A DNA stretch of 64,000 nucleotides from Eledone cirrhosa (lineage: Eukaryota), in assembly GCA_964016885.1 (NCBI GenBank), contig OZ024744.1:131688001-131752000 (forward strand), read 5' to 3'. Below are positions 10,892-23,400 of this stretch, piece after piece. Under the pieces are notes generated by a model, which ran no database searches, was not told where the DNA came from, and saw only the letters and a program-made list of their open reading frames with translations. Position 1 is the first letter of the stretch, and each line of letters begins with the position of its first letter. The translations under genes were made by a program, and so were the position numbers.

Positions 10892-13800
10892 TTCGGGGTT
10901 AAGTTAAGTTGGGGTTAACTTAAGTTGGGGTTAATTTAAGTTGGGGTTAAGTTAAGTCGGGGTTAAGTTAAGTTAGGCTTAATTTAAGTTGGGGTTAAGT
11001 TAAGTTGGGGGTAAGTTAAGTTCTGGGTAAGTTAAGTTGGGGTTAAGTTAAGTTGGGGTTAAGTTGGAGTTAATTTAAGTTAGGGTTAAGTTAAGTTGGG
11101 GTTGAGTTAAGTTGGGGTTAAGTTAAGTTGGGGTTAAGTTAAGTTGGGGTTAAGTTAAGTTGGGGTTAATTTAGTTGGGGCTAAGTTAAGTTGGGGCTAA
11201 GTTAAGTTGGGGCTAAGTTAAGTTGGGGCTAAGTTAAGTTGGGGTTAAGTTAAGTTGGGGTTAAGTTAAGTTGGGGTTAATTTAAATTGGGGTTAAGTTA
11301 ACTTTGTGGTTAAGTTAAGTTGGGGTTAAGTTAAGTTGGGGCTAAGTTAAGTTGGGGTTAAGTTAAGTTGGGGTTAAGTTAAGTTGGGGTTGAGTTAAGT
11401 TGGGGTTGAGTGAAGTTGGGGTTAAGTTAAGTTGGGGTTAAGATAAGTGGGCGTTAAGTTAAGTTGGGGTTGAGTTAAGTTGGGGTTGAGTTAATTTAGG
11501 GTTAAGTTAAGTTGGGGTTAAATTAAGTTGGGGTTAAATTAAGTTGGGGTTAATTTAAGTTGGGGGTAAGTTAAGTTGGGGTTAAGTTAAGTTGGGGTTC
11601 AGTTAAGTTAGGGTTAAGTTAAGTTTGGGTTAAGTTGGGGTTAAATTAAGTTGGGGTTAAGTTAAGTTGGGGTTTAGTTAAGTTGGAGTTAAGTTAAGTT
11701 GGGGTTAATTTAAGTTGGGGTTAAGTTAAGTCGGGGTTAAGTTAAGTTGGGGTTGAGTTAAGTTGGGGTTAATTTAAGTTGGGGCTAAGTTAATTTGTGG
11801 TTAAGTTAAGTTGGGGTTAAGTTAAGTTGGGGTTAAGTTAAGTTGGGGTTGAGTTAAGTTGGGGTTGAGTTAATTTAGGGTTAAGTTAAGTTGGGGTTAA
11901 GTTAAGTTGGGTTTAAGTTAAGTTGGGGTTAAATTAAGTTGGGGTTAAGTTAAGTTGGGGGTAAGTTAAGTTGGGGGCAAGTTAAGTTGGGGTTAAGTTA
12001 AGTTGGGGTTACATTAAGTTGGGGTTAAGTTTAGTTGGTGTTAAGTTAAGTTGGGGTTTATTTAAGTTGGGGTTAATTAAGTTGGGGTTAAGTTAAGTTG
12101 GGGTTAAGTTAAGTTGGGGTTAATTTAAGTTGGGGTTGAGTTAAGTTGGGGTTAAGTTAAGTTGGGTTTATATTAAGTTGGGGTTAAGTTAAGTTGGGGT
12201 TAAGTTAAGTTGGGGTTCAGTTAAGTTGCGGTTAAGTTAAGTTGGGGTTAAGTTAAGTTGGGGTTAAGTTAAGTTGGGGTTAAGTTAAGTTGGGGTTAAG
12301 TTAAGTTGGTGTTAAGTTAAGTTGGGGCTGAGTTAAGTTGGGGCTGAGTTAAGTTGGGGTTAAGTTAAGTTGGGGTTGAGTTAAGTTGGGGTTAAGTTAA
12401 GTTGGGGTTAAGTTAAGTTGGGGTTAAGTTAAGTTGGGGTTAAGTTAAGTTGGGGTTTAGTTAAGTTGGGGTTCAGTTAAGTTGGGGTTAAGTTAAGTTT
12501 GGGTTAAGTTGGGGTTAAATTAATTTGGGGTTAAGTTAAGTTGGGGTTTAGTTTAGTTGGGGTTAAGTTAAGTTGGGGTTAATTTAAGTTGGGGTTAAGT
12601 TAAGTTGCGGGTAATTTAAGTTGGGGTTAAGTTAAGTTGGGGTTAATTTAAGTTGGGGTTAAGTTAAGTTGGGGTTAAGTTAAGTTGGGGTTAAGTTAAG
12701 TTGGGGGAAAGTTAAGTTGGGGGTAAGTTAAGTTGGGGGTAAGTTAAGTTGGGGTTAAGTTAAGTTGGGGTTAAGTTAAGTTAGGGTTAAGTTAAGTTGG
12801 GGTTGAGTTAAGTTGGGGTTAAGTTAAGTTGGGGTTATGTTAAGCTGGGGTTAAGTTAAGTTGCGGTTAAGTTAAGTTGGGGTTAAGTTAAGTTGGGGTT
12901 AAGTTAAATTGGGGTTAAGTTAAGTTGGGGTTGAGTTAAGTTGGGGTTAAATTAAGTTGGGGTTATGTTAAGTTGGGGTTAAGTTAAGTTGCGGTTAAGT
13001 TAAGTTGGGGTTAAGTTGGGGTTAAGTTAAGTGGTGGTTATGTTAAGTTGGGGTTAAGTTAAGTTGGGGTTAATTTAAATTGGGGTTAAGTTAACTTTGT
13101 GGTTAAGTTAAGTTGGGGCTAAATTAAGTTGGGGCTAAGTTAAGTTGGGGTTAAGTTAAGTTTGGGTTAAGTTGGGGTTAAATTAAGTTGGGGTTAAGTT
13201 AAGTTGGGGTTTAGTTAAGTTGGGGTTAAGTTAAGTTGGGGTTAAATTAAGTTGGGGTTAAGTTAAGTTGGGGTTAAGTTAAGTGGTGGTTATGTTAAGT
13301 TGGGGTTAAGTTAAGTTGGGGTTAATTTAAATTGGGGTTAAGTTAACTTTGTGGTTAAGTTAAGTTGGGGTTAAGTTAAGTTGGGGTTAAGTTAAGTTGG
13401 GGTTCAGTTAAGTTGCGGTTAAGTTAAGCTGGGGTTAAGTTAAGTTGGGGTTAAGTTAAGTTGGTTAGTTAAGTTGAGTTTAAGTTAAGTTGGGGTTAAT
13501 TTAAGTTGGGTTTAAGTTAAGTTGGGGTTGAGTTAAGTTGGGGTTGAGTTAAATTGGGGTGGAGTTAAGTTGGGGTTGAGTTAAGTTGGTGTTGAGTTAA
13601 GTTGGGGTTAAGTTAAGTTGGGGTTAAGTTAAGTTGCAGTTAAGTTGAGGTTAAGTTAAGTAGGGGTTAAGTTAAGTTGTGGTTAAGTTAAGTTGGGGCT
13701 AAGTTAAGTTGGGGCTAAGTTAAGTTGGGGCTAAGATAAGTTGGGGTTCAGTCAAGTTGGGGTTAAGTTAATTTGGGTTAATTTGGGGTTAAATTAAGTT

Positions 13801-16800
13801 GGGGTTAAGTTAAGTTGGGGTTTAGTTAAGTTGGGGTTAAGTTAAGTTGGGGTTAATTTAAGTTGGGGTTAAGTTAAGTTGGTGTTAAGTTAAGTGGTGG
13901 TTATGTTAAGTTGGGGTTAAGTTAAGTTGGGGTTAATTTAAATTGGGGTTAAGTTAACTTTGTGGTTAAGTTAAGTTGTGGTTATGTTAAGTTGGGGTTA
14001 AGTTAAGTTGGGGTTGAGTTAAGTTGGGGTTGAGTGAAGTTGGGGTTACGTTAAGTCGGGGTTAAGTTAAGTTGGGGTTGAGTTAAGTTGGGGTTAATTT
14101 AAGTTGGGGCTAAGTTAATTTGTGGTTAAGTTAAGTTGGGGTTAAGTTAAGTTGGGGTTAAGTTAAGTTGGGGTTGAGTTAAGTTGGGGTTGAGTTAATT
14201 TAGGGTTAAGTTAAGTTGGGGTTAAGTTAAGTTGGGTTTAAGTTAAGTTGGGGTTAAATTAAGTTGGGGTTAAGTTAAGTTGGGGGTAAGTTAAGTTGGG
14301 GGCAAGTTAAGTTGGGGTTAAGTTAAGTTGGGGTTAAATTAAGTTGGGGTTAAGTTTAGTTGGTGTTAAGTTAAGTTGGGGTTTATTTAAGTTGGGGTTA
14401 ATTAAGTTGGGGTTAAGTTAAGTTGGGGTTAAGTTAAGTTGGGGTTAATTTAAGTTGGGGTTGAGTTAAGTTGGGGTTAAGTTAAGTTGGGGTTAAGTTA
14501 AGTTGGGGTTCAGTTAAGTTGCGGTTAAGTTAAGTTGCGGTTAAGTTAAGTTGGGGTTAAGTTAAGTTGGGGTTAAGTTAAGTTGGGGTTAAGTTAAGTT
14601 GGGGTTAAGTTAAGTTGGTGTTAAGTTAAGTTGGGGCTGAGTTAAGTTGGGGCTGAGTTAAGTTGGGGTTAAGTTAAGTTGGGGTTGAGTTAAGTTGGGG
14701 TTAAGTTAAGTTGGAGTTAAGTTAAGTTGGGGTTAAGTTAAGTTTGGGTTAAGTTAAGTTGGGGTTTAGTTTAGTTGGGGTTAAGTTAAGTTGGGGTTAA
14801 TTTAAGTTGGGGTTAAGTTAAGTTGCGGGTAATTTAAGTTGGGTTTAAGTTAAGTTGGGGTTAAGTTAAGTTGGGGTTAAGTTAAGTTGGGGATAAGTTA
14901 AGTTGGGGTTAAGTTAAGTTGGGGGTAAGTTAAGTTGGGGGTAAGTTAAGTTGGGGGTAAGTTAAGTTGGGGTTAAGTTAAGTTGGGGTTAAGTTAAGTT
15001 AGGGTTAAGTTAAGTTGGGGTTGAGTTAAGTTGGGGTTAAGTTAAGTTGGGGTTATGTTAAGTTGGGGTTAAGTTAAGTTGCGGTTAAGTTAAGTTGGGG
15101 TTAAGTTAAGTTGGGGTTAAATTAAGTTGGTGTTAAGTTAAGTTGGGGCTAAGTTAAGTTGGGGCTGATTTAAGTTGGGGCCGAGTTAAGTTGGGGTTAA
15201 GTTAAGTTGGGGTTGAGTTAAGTTGGGGTTAAGTTAAGTTGGGGTTAAGTTAAGTTGGGGTTCAGTTAAGTTGGGGTTAAGTTAAGTTGGGGTTAAGATG
15301 GGGTTAAATTAAGTTGGGGTTAATTTAAGTTGGGGATAAGTTAAGTTGGTGTTAAGTTAAGTTGGGGTTAAGTTAAGTCGGGGTTAAGTTAAGTCGGGGT
15401 TAAGTTAAGTTAGGGTTAAGTTAAGTTGGAGTTAAGTTAAGTTGGGGTTGAGTTAAGTTGGGGTTGAGTTAAATTGGGGTGGAGTTAAGTTGGGGTTGAG
15501 TTAAGTTGGTGTTGAGTTATGTTGGGGTTAAGTTAAGTTGGGGTTAAGTTAAGTTGCAGTTAAGTTAAGTTGAGGTTAAGTTAAGTTGGGGTTAAGTTAA
15601 GTTGGGGTTAAGTTAAGTTGGGGCTAAGTTAAGTTGGGGCTAAGTTAAGTTGGGGCTAAGTTAAGTTGGGGTTCAGTTAAGTTGGGGTTAAGTTAAGTTT
15701 GGGTTAAGTTGGGGTTAAATTAAGTTGGGGTTAATTTAAGTTGGGGTTTAGTTAATTTGGGGTTAAGTTAAGTTGGGGTTAATTTAAGTTGGGGTTAAGT
15801 TAAGTTGGGGTTAGGTTAAGTGGTGGTTATGTTAAGTTGGGGTTAATTTAAGTTGGGGTTAATTTAAATTGGGGTTAAGTTAACTTTGTGGATAAGTTAA
15901 GTTGGGGTTAAGTTAAGTTGGGGTTAAGTTAAGTTGGGGTTGAGTTAAGTTGGGGTTGAGTGAAGTTGGGGTTAAGTTAAGTTGGGGTTAATTTAAGTTG
16001 GGGTTAAGTTAAGTCGGGGTTAAGTTAAGTTGGGGTTGAGTTAAGTTGGGGTTAATTTAAGTTGGGGCTAAGTTAATTTGTGGTTAAGTTAAGTTGGGGT
16101 TAAGTTAAGTTGGGGTTAAGTTAAGTTGGGGTTGAGTTAAGTTGGGGTTGAGTTAATTTAGGGTTAAGTTAAGTTGGGGTTAAGTTAAGTTGGGTTTAAG
16201 TTAAGTTGGGGTTAAATTAAGTTGGGGTTAAATTAAGTTGGGGTTAAGTTAGGTTGGGGGTAAGTTAAGTTGGGGGCAAGTTAAGTTGGGGTTAAGTTAA
16301 GTTGGGGTTAAATTAAGTTGGGGTTAAGTTAAGTTGGTGTTTAGTTAAGTTGGGGTTTATTTAAGTTGGGGTTAATTAAGTTGGGGTTAAGTTAAGTTGG
16401 GGTTAAGTTAAGTTGGGGTTAATTTAAGTTGGGGTTGAGTTAAGTTGGGGTTAAGTTAAGTTGGGTTTATATTAAGTTGGGGTTAAGTTAAGTTGGGGTT
16501 AAGTTAAGTTCGGGTTCAGTTAAGTTGCGGTTAAGTTAAGTTGGGGTTAAGTTAAGTTGGGGTTAAGTTAAGTTGGGGTTAAGTTAAGTTGGGGTTAAGT
16601 TAAGTTGGTGTTAAGTTAAGTTGGGGCTAAGTTAAGTTGGGGCTGAGTTAAGTTGGGGCTGAGTTAAGTTGGGGTTAAGTTAAGTTGGGGTTGAGTTAAG
16701 TTGGGGTTAAGTTAAGTTGGGGTTAAGTTAAGTTGGTTAGTTAAGTTGAGTTTAAGTTAAGTTGGGGTTAATTTAAGTTGGGTTTAAGTTAAGTTGGGGT

Positions 16801-17576
16801 TAAGTTAATTTGGGGTTAAGTTAAGTTGGGGTTCAGTTAAGTTGGGGTTAAGTTAAGTTGGGGTTAAGATGGGGTTAAATTAAGTTGGGGTTAAGTTAAG
16901 TTGGGGTTAAGTTAAGTTGGGGTTAAGTTAAGTCGGGGTTAAGTTAAGTTAGGGTTAAGTTAAGTTGGAGTTAAGTTAAGTTGGGGTTGAGTTAAGTTGG
17001 GGTTGAGTTAAATTGGGGTGGAGTTAAGTTGGGGTTGAGTTAAGTTGGTGTTGAGTTATGTTGGGGTTAAGTTAAGTTGGGGTTAAGTTAAGTTGCAGTT
17101 AAGTTAAGTTGAGGTTAAGTTAAGTTGGGGTTAAGTTAAGTTGGGGTTAAGTTAAGTTGGGGCTAAGTTAAGTTGGGGCTAAGTTAAGTTGGGGCTAAGT
17201 TAAGTTGGGGTTCAGTTAAGTTGGGGTTAAGTTAAGTTTGGGTTAAGTTGGGGTTAAATTAAGTTGGGGTTAAGTTAAGTTGGGGTTTAGTTAAGTTGGG
17301 GTTAAGTTAAGTTGGGGTTAATTTAAGTTGGGGTTAAGTTAAGTTGGGGTTAGGTTAAGTGGTGGTTATGTTAAGTTGGGGTTAAGTTAAGTTGGGGTTA
17401 ATTTAAATTGGGGTTAAGTTAACTTTGTGGATAAGTTAAGTTGGGGTTAAGTTAAGTTGGGGTTAAGTTAAGTTGGGGTTGAGTTAAGTTGGGGTTAAGT
17501 TAAGTTGGGGTTAAGTTAAGTTGGGGTTAAGTTAAGTTGGGGTTAAGTTAATTTGTGGTTAAGTTAAGTTGGGTTT

Positions 17577-17969
17577 AACCCCAACTTCACTCAACCCCAC
17601 CTTAACTCAACCCCAACTTAACTTAATCCCAACTTCACTCAACCCCAACTTAACTTAACCCCAACTTCACTCAACCCCAACTTAACTTAACCCCAACTTA
17701 ACTTAACCCTAACTTAACTTAACCCCGACTTAACTTAACTTCGACTTAACTTAACCCCAACTTAACTTAACCCCAACTTAACTTAACCCCAACTTAACTT
17801 AACCACAAATTAACTTAACCCCAACTTAAATTAACCCCAACTTAAATTAACCCCAACTTAACTTAACCCCAACTTAACTTAACCCCAACTTAACTCACAC
17901 CCAACTTAACTTACCCCCAACTTAACTTAACCCCAACTTGACTTAACCCCAACTTAACTTAACCCCAAA
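17577..17969 (-). repeat. Inverted satellite cassette 6 (393 bp; duplicate of cassette 4)
   Basis: Same GGGTTT|AACCCC variant as cassette 4, at offset 9518. Confidence 0.97.
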
Positions 17970-20000
17970 TTCGGGGTTAAGTTAAGTTGGGGTTAACTTA
18001 AGTTGGGGTTAATTTAAGTTGGGGTTAAGTTAAGTCGGGGTTAAGTTAAGTTAGGCTTAACTTAAGTTGGGGTTAAGTTAAGTTGGGGGTAAGTTAAGTT
18101 CTGGGTAAGTTAAGTTGGGGTTAAGTTAAGTTGGGGTTAAGTTGGAGTTAATTTAAGTTAGGGTTAAGTTAAGTTGGGGTTGAGTTAAGTTGGGGTTAAG
18201 TTAAGTTGGGGTTAAGTTAAGTTGGGGTCAAGTTAAGTTGGGGTTAAAATTAAGTTGGGGTTAAGTCAAGTTGGGGTTAAGTTAAGTTGGGGTTAATTTA
18301 GTTGGGGTTAAGTTAAGTTGGGGCTAAGTTAAGTTGGGGCTAAGTTAAGTTGGGGCTAAGTTAAGTTGGGGTTAAGTTAAGTTGGGGTTAAGTTAAGTTG
18401 GGGTTAATTTAAATTGGGGTTAAGTTAACTTTGTGGTTAAGTTAAGTTGGGGTTAAGTTAAGTTGGGGCTAAGTTAAGTTGGGGTTAAGTTAAGTTGGGG
18501 TTAAGTTAAGTTGGGGTTGAGTTAAGTTGGGGTTGAGTGAAGTTGGGGTTAAGTTAAGTTGGGGTTAAGATAAGTGGGGTTAAGTTAAGTTGGGGTTGAG
18601 TTAAGTTGGGGTTAAGTTAAGTTGGGGTTATGTTAAGTTGGGGTTAATTTAAGTTGCGGTTAAGTTAAGTTGGGGTTAAGTTGGGGTTAAGTTAAGTTGG
18701 GGTTAAGTTAAGTTGGGGTTGAGTTAAGTTGGGGTTGAGTGAAGTTGGGGTTAAGTTAAGTTGGGGTTAAGTTAAGTTGGCGTTAAGTTAAGTTGGGGTT
18801 GAGTTAATTTAGGGTTAAGTTAAGTTGGGGTTAAGTTAAGTTGGGTTTAAGTTAAGTTGGGGTTAAATTAAGTTGGGGTTAAATTAAGTTGGGGTTAAGT
18901 TAAGTTGGGGCTAAGTTAAGTTGGGGTTAAGTTAAGTTGGGGTTAAGTTAAGTTGGGGTTAAGTTAAGTTGGGGTTAAGTTAAGTTGGGGGTAAGTTAAG
19001 TTGGGGGTAAGTTAAGTTGGGGTTAAGTTAAGTTGGGGTTAAGTTAAGTTAGGGTTAAGTTAAGTTGGGGTTGAGTTAAGTTGGGGTTAAGTTAAGTTGA
19101 TGTTATGTTAAGTTGGGGTTAAGTTAAGTTGCGGTTAAGTTAAGTTGGGGTTAAGTTAAGTTGGGGTTAAGTTAAATCGGGGTTAAGTTAAGTTGGGGTT
19201 GAGTTAAGTTGGGGTTAAGTTAAGTTGGGGTTATGTTAAGTTGGGGTTAATTTAAGTTGCGGTTAAGTTAAGTTGGGGTTAAGTTGGGGTTAAGTTAAGT
19301 GGTGGTTATGTTAAGTTGGGGTTAAGTTAAGTTGGGGTTAATTTAAATTGGGGTTAAGTTAACTTTGTGGTTAAGTTAAGTTGGGGCTAAATTAAGTTGG
19401 GGCTAAGTTAAGTTGGGGCTAAGTTAAGTTGGGGTTCAGTTAAGTTGGGGTTAAGTTAAGTTTGGGTTAAGTTGGGGTTAAATTAAGTTGGGGTTAATTT
19501 AAGTTGGGGTTAAGTTAAGTGGTGGTTATGTTAAGTTGGGGTTAAGTTAAGTTGGAGTTAATTTAAATTGGGGTTAAGTTAACTTTGTGGTTAAGTTAAG
19601 TTGGGGTTAAGTTAAGTTGGGGTTAAGTTAAGTTGGGGTTCAGTTAAGTTGCGGTTAAGTTAAGTTGCGGTTAAGTTAAGTTGGGGTTAAGTTAAGTTGG
19701 GGTTAAGTTAAGTTGGGGTTAAGTTAAGTTGGTTAGTTAAGTTGAGTTTAAGTTAAGTTGGGGTTAATTTAAGTTGGGTTTAAGTTAAGTTGGGGTTAAG
19801 TTAAGTTGGGGTTAAGTTAAGTTGGGGTTAAGTTAATTTGGGGTTCAGTTAAGTTGGGGTTAAGTCAAGTTGGGGTTAAGTTGGGGTTAAATTAATTTGG
19901 GGTTAAGTTAAGTTGGGGTTAAGTTAAGTTGGGGTTAAGTTAAGTTGGGGTTAAGTTAAGTTGGGGTTAAGTTAATTTGTGGTTAAGTTAAGTTGGGGTT

Positions 20001-20409
20001 AACCCCAACTTCACTCAACCCCACCTTAACTCAACCCCAACTTAACTTAATCCCAACTTCACTCAACCCCAACTTAACTTAACCCCAACTTCACTCAACC
20101 CCAACTTAACTTAACCCCAACTTAACTTAACCCTAACTTAACTTAACCCCGACTTAACTTAACTTCGACTTAACTTAACCCCAACTTAACTTAACCCCAA
20201 CTTAACTTAACCCCAACTTAACTTAACCACAAATTAACTCAACCCCAACTTAAATTAACCCCAACTTAAATTAACCCCAACTTAACTTAACCCCAACTTA
20301 ACTTAACCCCAACTTAACTCACACCCAACTTAACTTACCCCCAACTTAACTTAACCCCAACTTGACTTAACCCAAACTTAACTTAACCCCAACTTAACTT
20401 AACCCCAAA
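20001..20409 (-). repeat. Inverted satellite cassette 7 (409 bp; duplicate of cassette 5)
   Basis: Same variants as cassette 5, at offset 9518. Confidence 0.97.
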
Positions 20410-23400
20410 TTCGGGGTTAAGTTAAGTTGGGGTTAACTTAAGTTGGGGTTAATTTAAGTTGGGGTTAAGTTAAGTCGGGGTTAAGTTAAGTTAGGCTTAA
20501 TTTAAGTTGGGGTTAAGTTAAGTTGGGGGTAAGTTAAGTTCTGGGTAAGTTAAGTTGGGGTTAAGTTAAGTTGGGGTTAAGTTGGAGTTAATTTAAGTTA
20601 GGGTTAAGTTAAGTTGGGGTTGAGTTAAGTTGGGGTTAAGTTAAGTTGGGGTTAAGTTAAGTTGGGGTTAAGTTAAGTTGGGGTTAATTTAGTTGGGGCT
20701 AAGTTAAGTTGGGGCTAAGTTAAGTTGGGGCTAAGTTAAGTTGGGGCTAAGTTAAGTTGGGGTTAAGTTAAGTTGGGGTTAAGTTAAGTTGGGGTTAATT
20801 TAAATTGGGGTTAAGTTAACTTTGTGGTTAAGTTAAGTTGGGGTTAAGTTAAGTTGGGGCTAAGTTAAGTTGGGGTTAAGTTAAGTTGGGGTTAAGTTAA
20901 GTTGGGGTTGAGTTAAGTTGGGGTTGAGTGAAGTTGGGGTTAAGTTAAGTTGGGGTTAAGATAAGTGGGCGTTAAGTTAAGTTGGGGTTGAGTTAAGTTG
21001 GGGTTGAGTTAATTTAGGGTTAAGTTAAGTTGGGGTTAAATTAAGTTGGGGTTAAATTAAGTTGGGGTTAAGTTAAGTTGGGGGTAAGTTAAGTTGGGGT
21101 TAAGTTAAGTTGGGGTTCAGTTAAGTTAGGGTTAAGTTAAGTTTGGGTTAAGTTGGGGTTAAATTAAGTTGGGGTTAAGTTAAGTTGGGGTTTAGTTAAG
21201 TTGGAGTTAAGTTAAGTTGGGGTTAATTTAAGTTGGGGTTAAGTTAAGTCGGGGTTAAGTTAAGTTGGGGTTGAGTTAAGTTGGGGTTAATTTAAGTTGG
21301 GGCTAAGTTAATTTGTGGTTAAGTTAAGTTGGGGTTAAGTTAAGTTGGGGTTAAGTTAAGTTGGGGTTGAGTTAAGTTGGGGTTGAGTTAATTTAGGGTT
21401 AAGTTAAGTTGGGGTTAAGTTAAGTTGGGTTTAAGTTAAGTTGGGGTTAAATTAAGTTGGGGTTAAGTTAAGTTGGGGGTAAGTTAAGTTGGGGGCAAGT
21501 TAAGTTGGGGTTAAGTTAAGTTGGGGTTACATTAAGTTGGGGTTAAGTTTAGTTGGTGTTAAGTTAAGTTGGGGTTTATTTAAGTTGGGGTTAATTAAGT
21601 TGGGGTTAAGTTAAGTTGGGGTTAAGTTAAGTTGGGGTTAATTTAAGTTGGGGTTGAGTTAAGTTGGGGTTAAGTTAAGTTGGGTTTATATTAAGTTGGG
21701 GTTAAGTTAAGTTGGGGTTAAGTTAAGTTGGGGTTCAGTTAAGTTGCGGTTAAGTTAAGTTGGGGTTAAGTTAAGTTGGGGTTAAGTTAAGTTGGGGTTA
21801 AGTTAAGTTGGGGTTAAGTTAAGTTGGTGTTAAGTTAAGTTGGGGCTGAGTTAAGTTGGGGCTGAGTTAAGTTGGGGTTAAGTTAAGTTGGGGTTGAGTT
21901 AAGTTGGGGTTAAGTTAAGTTGGGGTTAAGTTAAGTTGGGGTTAAGTTAAGTTGGGGTTAAGTTAAGTTGGGGTTTAGTTAAGTTGGGGTTCAGTTAAGT
22001 TGGGGTTAAGTTAAGTTTGGGTTAAGTTGGGGTTAAATTAATTTGGGGTTAAGTTAAGTTGGGGTTTAGTTTAGTTGGGGTTAAGTTAAGTTGGGGTTAA
22101 TTTAAGTTGGGGTTAAGTTAAGTTGCGGGTAATTTAAGTTGGGGTTAAGTTAAGTTGGGGTTAATTTAAGTTGGGGTTAAGTTAAGTTGGGGTTAAGTTA
22201 AGTTGGGGTTAAGTTAAGTTGGGGGAAAGTTAAGTTGGGGGTAAGTTAAGTTGGGGGTAAGTTAAGTTGGGGTTAAGTTAAGTTGGGGTTAAGTTAAGTT
22301 AGGGTTAAGTTAAGTTGGGGTTGAGTTAAGTTGGGGTTAAGTTAAGTTGGGGTTATGTTAAGCTGGGGTTAAGTTAAGTTGCGGTTAAGTTAAGTTGGGG
22401 TTAAGTTAAGTTGGGGTTAAGTTAAATTGGGGTTAAGTTAAGTTGGGGTTGAGTTAAGTTGGGGTTAAATTAAGTTGGGGTTATGTTAAGTTGGGGTTAA
22501 GTTAAGTTGCGGTTAAGTTAAGTTGGGGTTAAGTTGGGGTTAAGTTAAGTGGTGGTTATGTTAAGTTGGGGTTAAGTTAAGTTGGGGTTAATTTAAATTG
22601 GGGTTAAGTTAACTTTGTGGTTAAGTTAAGTTGGGGCTAAATTAAGTTGGGGCTAAGTTAAGTTGGGGTTAAGTTAAGTTTGGGTTAAGTTGGGGTTAAA
22701 TTAAGTTGGGGTTAAGTTAAGTTGGGGTTTAGTTAAGTTGGGGTTAAGTTAAGTTGGGGTTAAATTAAGTTGGGGTTAAGTTAAGTTGGGGTTAAGTTAA
22801 GTGGTGGTTATGTTAAGTTGGGGTTAAGTTAAGTTAGGGTTAATTTAAATTGGGGTTAAGTTAACTTTGTGGTTAAGTTAAGTTGGGGTTAAGTTAAGTT
22901 GGGGTTAAGTTAAGTTGGGGTTCAGTTAAGTTGCGGTTAAGTTAAGCTGGGGTTAAGTTAAGTTGGGGTTAAGTTAAGTTGGTTAGTTAAGTTGAGTTTA
23001 AGTTAAGTTGGGGTTAATTTAAGTTGGGTTTAAGTTAAGTTGGGGTTGAGTTAAGTTGGGGTTGAGTTAAATTGGGGTGGAGTTAAGTTGGGGTTGAGTT
23101 AAGTTGGTGTTGAGTTAAGTTGGGGTTAAGTTAAGTTGGGGTTAAGTTAAGTTGCAGTTAAGTTGAGGTTAAGTTAAGTAGGGGTTAAGTTAAGTTGTGG
23201 TTAAGTTAAGTTGGGGCTAAGTTAAGTTGGGGCTAAGTTAAGTTGGGGCTAAGATAAGTTGGGGTTCAGTCAAGTTGGGGTTAAGTTAATTTGGGTTAAT
23301 TTGGGGTTAAATTAAGTTGGGGTTAAGTTAAGTTGGGGTTTAGTTAAGTTGGGGTTAAGTTAAGTTGGGGTTAATTTAAGTTGGGGTTAAGTTAAGTTGG